The notes under the pieces: generated by a model
What the model was told of the DNA's origin: nothing
What the model saw: only the letters and a program-made list of their open reading frames with translations
The model's database searches: none
Shown: piece after piece, positions 54,231 to 54,409 of the stretch
Layout of the letters: each line of letters starts with the position of its first letter
Numbering within the stretch: the stretch's first letter is position 1
Position numbers and translations under genes: made by a program
Origin: a virus
Taxonomy: Duplodnaviria; Caudoviricetes
Reading direction: 5' to 3' (one strand)
Virus record (IMG/VR): IMGVR_UViG_3300023109_001408
Span: 1 to 54,409 of that record
DNA length: 54,409 bases

Positions 54231-54409
54231 ATGATAACACTTCCGGAACTATCTCTTTATATCAGTCACACTTGCGACATAGGTTGCGATAGCTGTTTTA
54301 CCTATAACAATCTAAATTGGGGTGGGCATTTCAAACCCAACGGAGATTTAGAAAAACTTAAAGGCAAGGTTAATTTTGAAACCATTATGATTCTCGGTGG
54401 CGAACCAAC
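54231..54409 (+). CDS. radical SAM protein, N-terminal part (runs off the window)
   Basis: Not in the track; MITLPELSLYISHTCDIGCDSCFTY...ILGGEP contains CxxxCxxC and GGEP. Confidence 0.8.
   Translation, partial: MITLPELSLYISHTCDIGCDSCFTYNNLNWGGHFKPNGDLEKLKGKVNFETIMILGGEP

Noticed and set aside
1-54409. Alternative genetic code, tRNA genes, integrase or transposase
   Set aside because: Standard code gives dense full-length genes. I saw no cloverleaf or T-loop signatures in the short gaps and no recombinase motifs. A tRNAscan-SE run would be needed to be certain.
1-54409. Cellular (bacterial) origin suggested by metK, folE, clpA, dnaJ and thyA
   Set aside because: These genes are interleaved with T4-type replication genes, a lysis cassette, late-promoter boxes and phage hypotheticals, so they are phage-carried.

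Overview
The window is a gene-dense, AT-rich, mostly plus-strand segment of a large tailed dsDNA phage with T4-like or jumbo-myovirus-type replication. It has no integrase, tRNA or CRISPR array that I can see. Two-component spanins indicate a Gram-negative host. Contents in order: (1) nucleotide and host-metabolism genes (GroES, MazG-like enzymes, class I aldolase, clamp loader, ferredoxin, DHFR, ThyA, dCMP deaminase, PhoH); (2) a lysis cassette (GH19 endolysin, spanins, holin-like membrane proteins); (3) DnaJ and ClpA; (4) a ~7.5 kb block of probable virion-internal proteins studded with prohead-protease-type [LIV]xE sites; (5) PolB and a sliding clamp embedded in a ~13 kb cluster mixing 7-deazaguanine genes (TGT/DpdA-like, FolE, QueE, a QueD-like HRH protein) with sugar-nucleotide enzymes, a glycosyltransferase, a PRTase and MetK; (6) a FEN/RNase H-like nuclease and a MoxR AAA plus vWA/metallopeptidase pair; (7) a tail-fibre-like gene next to a radical SAM/dioxygenase island. 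The best candidates for an undescribed system are: (a) an 895-aa polyprotein whose enzyme- and toxin-like cargo domains are separated by four identical 14-bp in-frame DNA repeats (GAAAACTTTGCTGA, encoding ENFA[DE]); (b) a clamp-linked 7-deazaguanine plus glycosylation DNA-modification locus; (c) a repeated regulatory design in which late-promoter boxes (ATAARTA) lie in or beside hairpins that hide start codons, some giving leaderless mRNAs. All calls come from reading motifs by eye; no searches were run.
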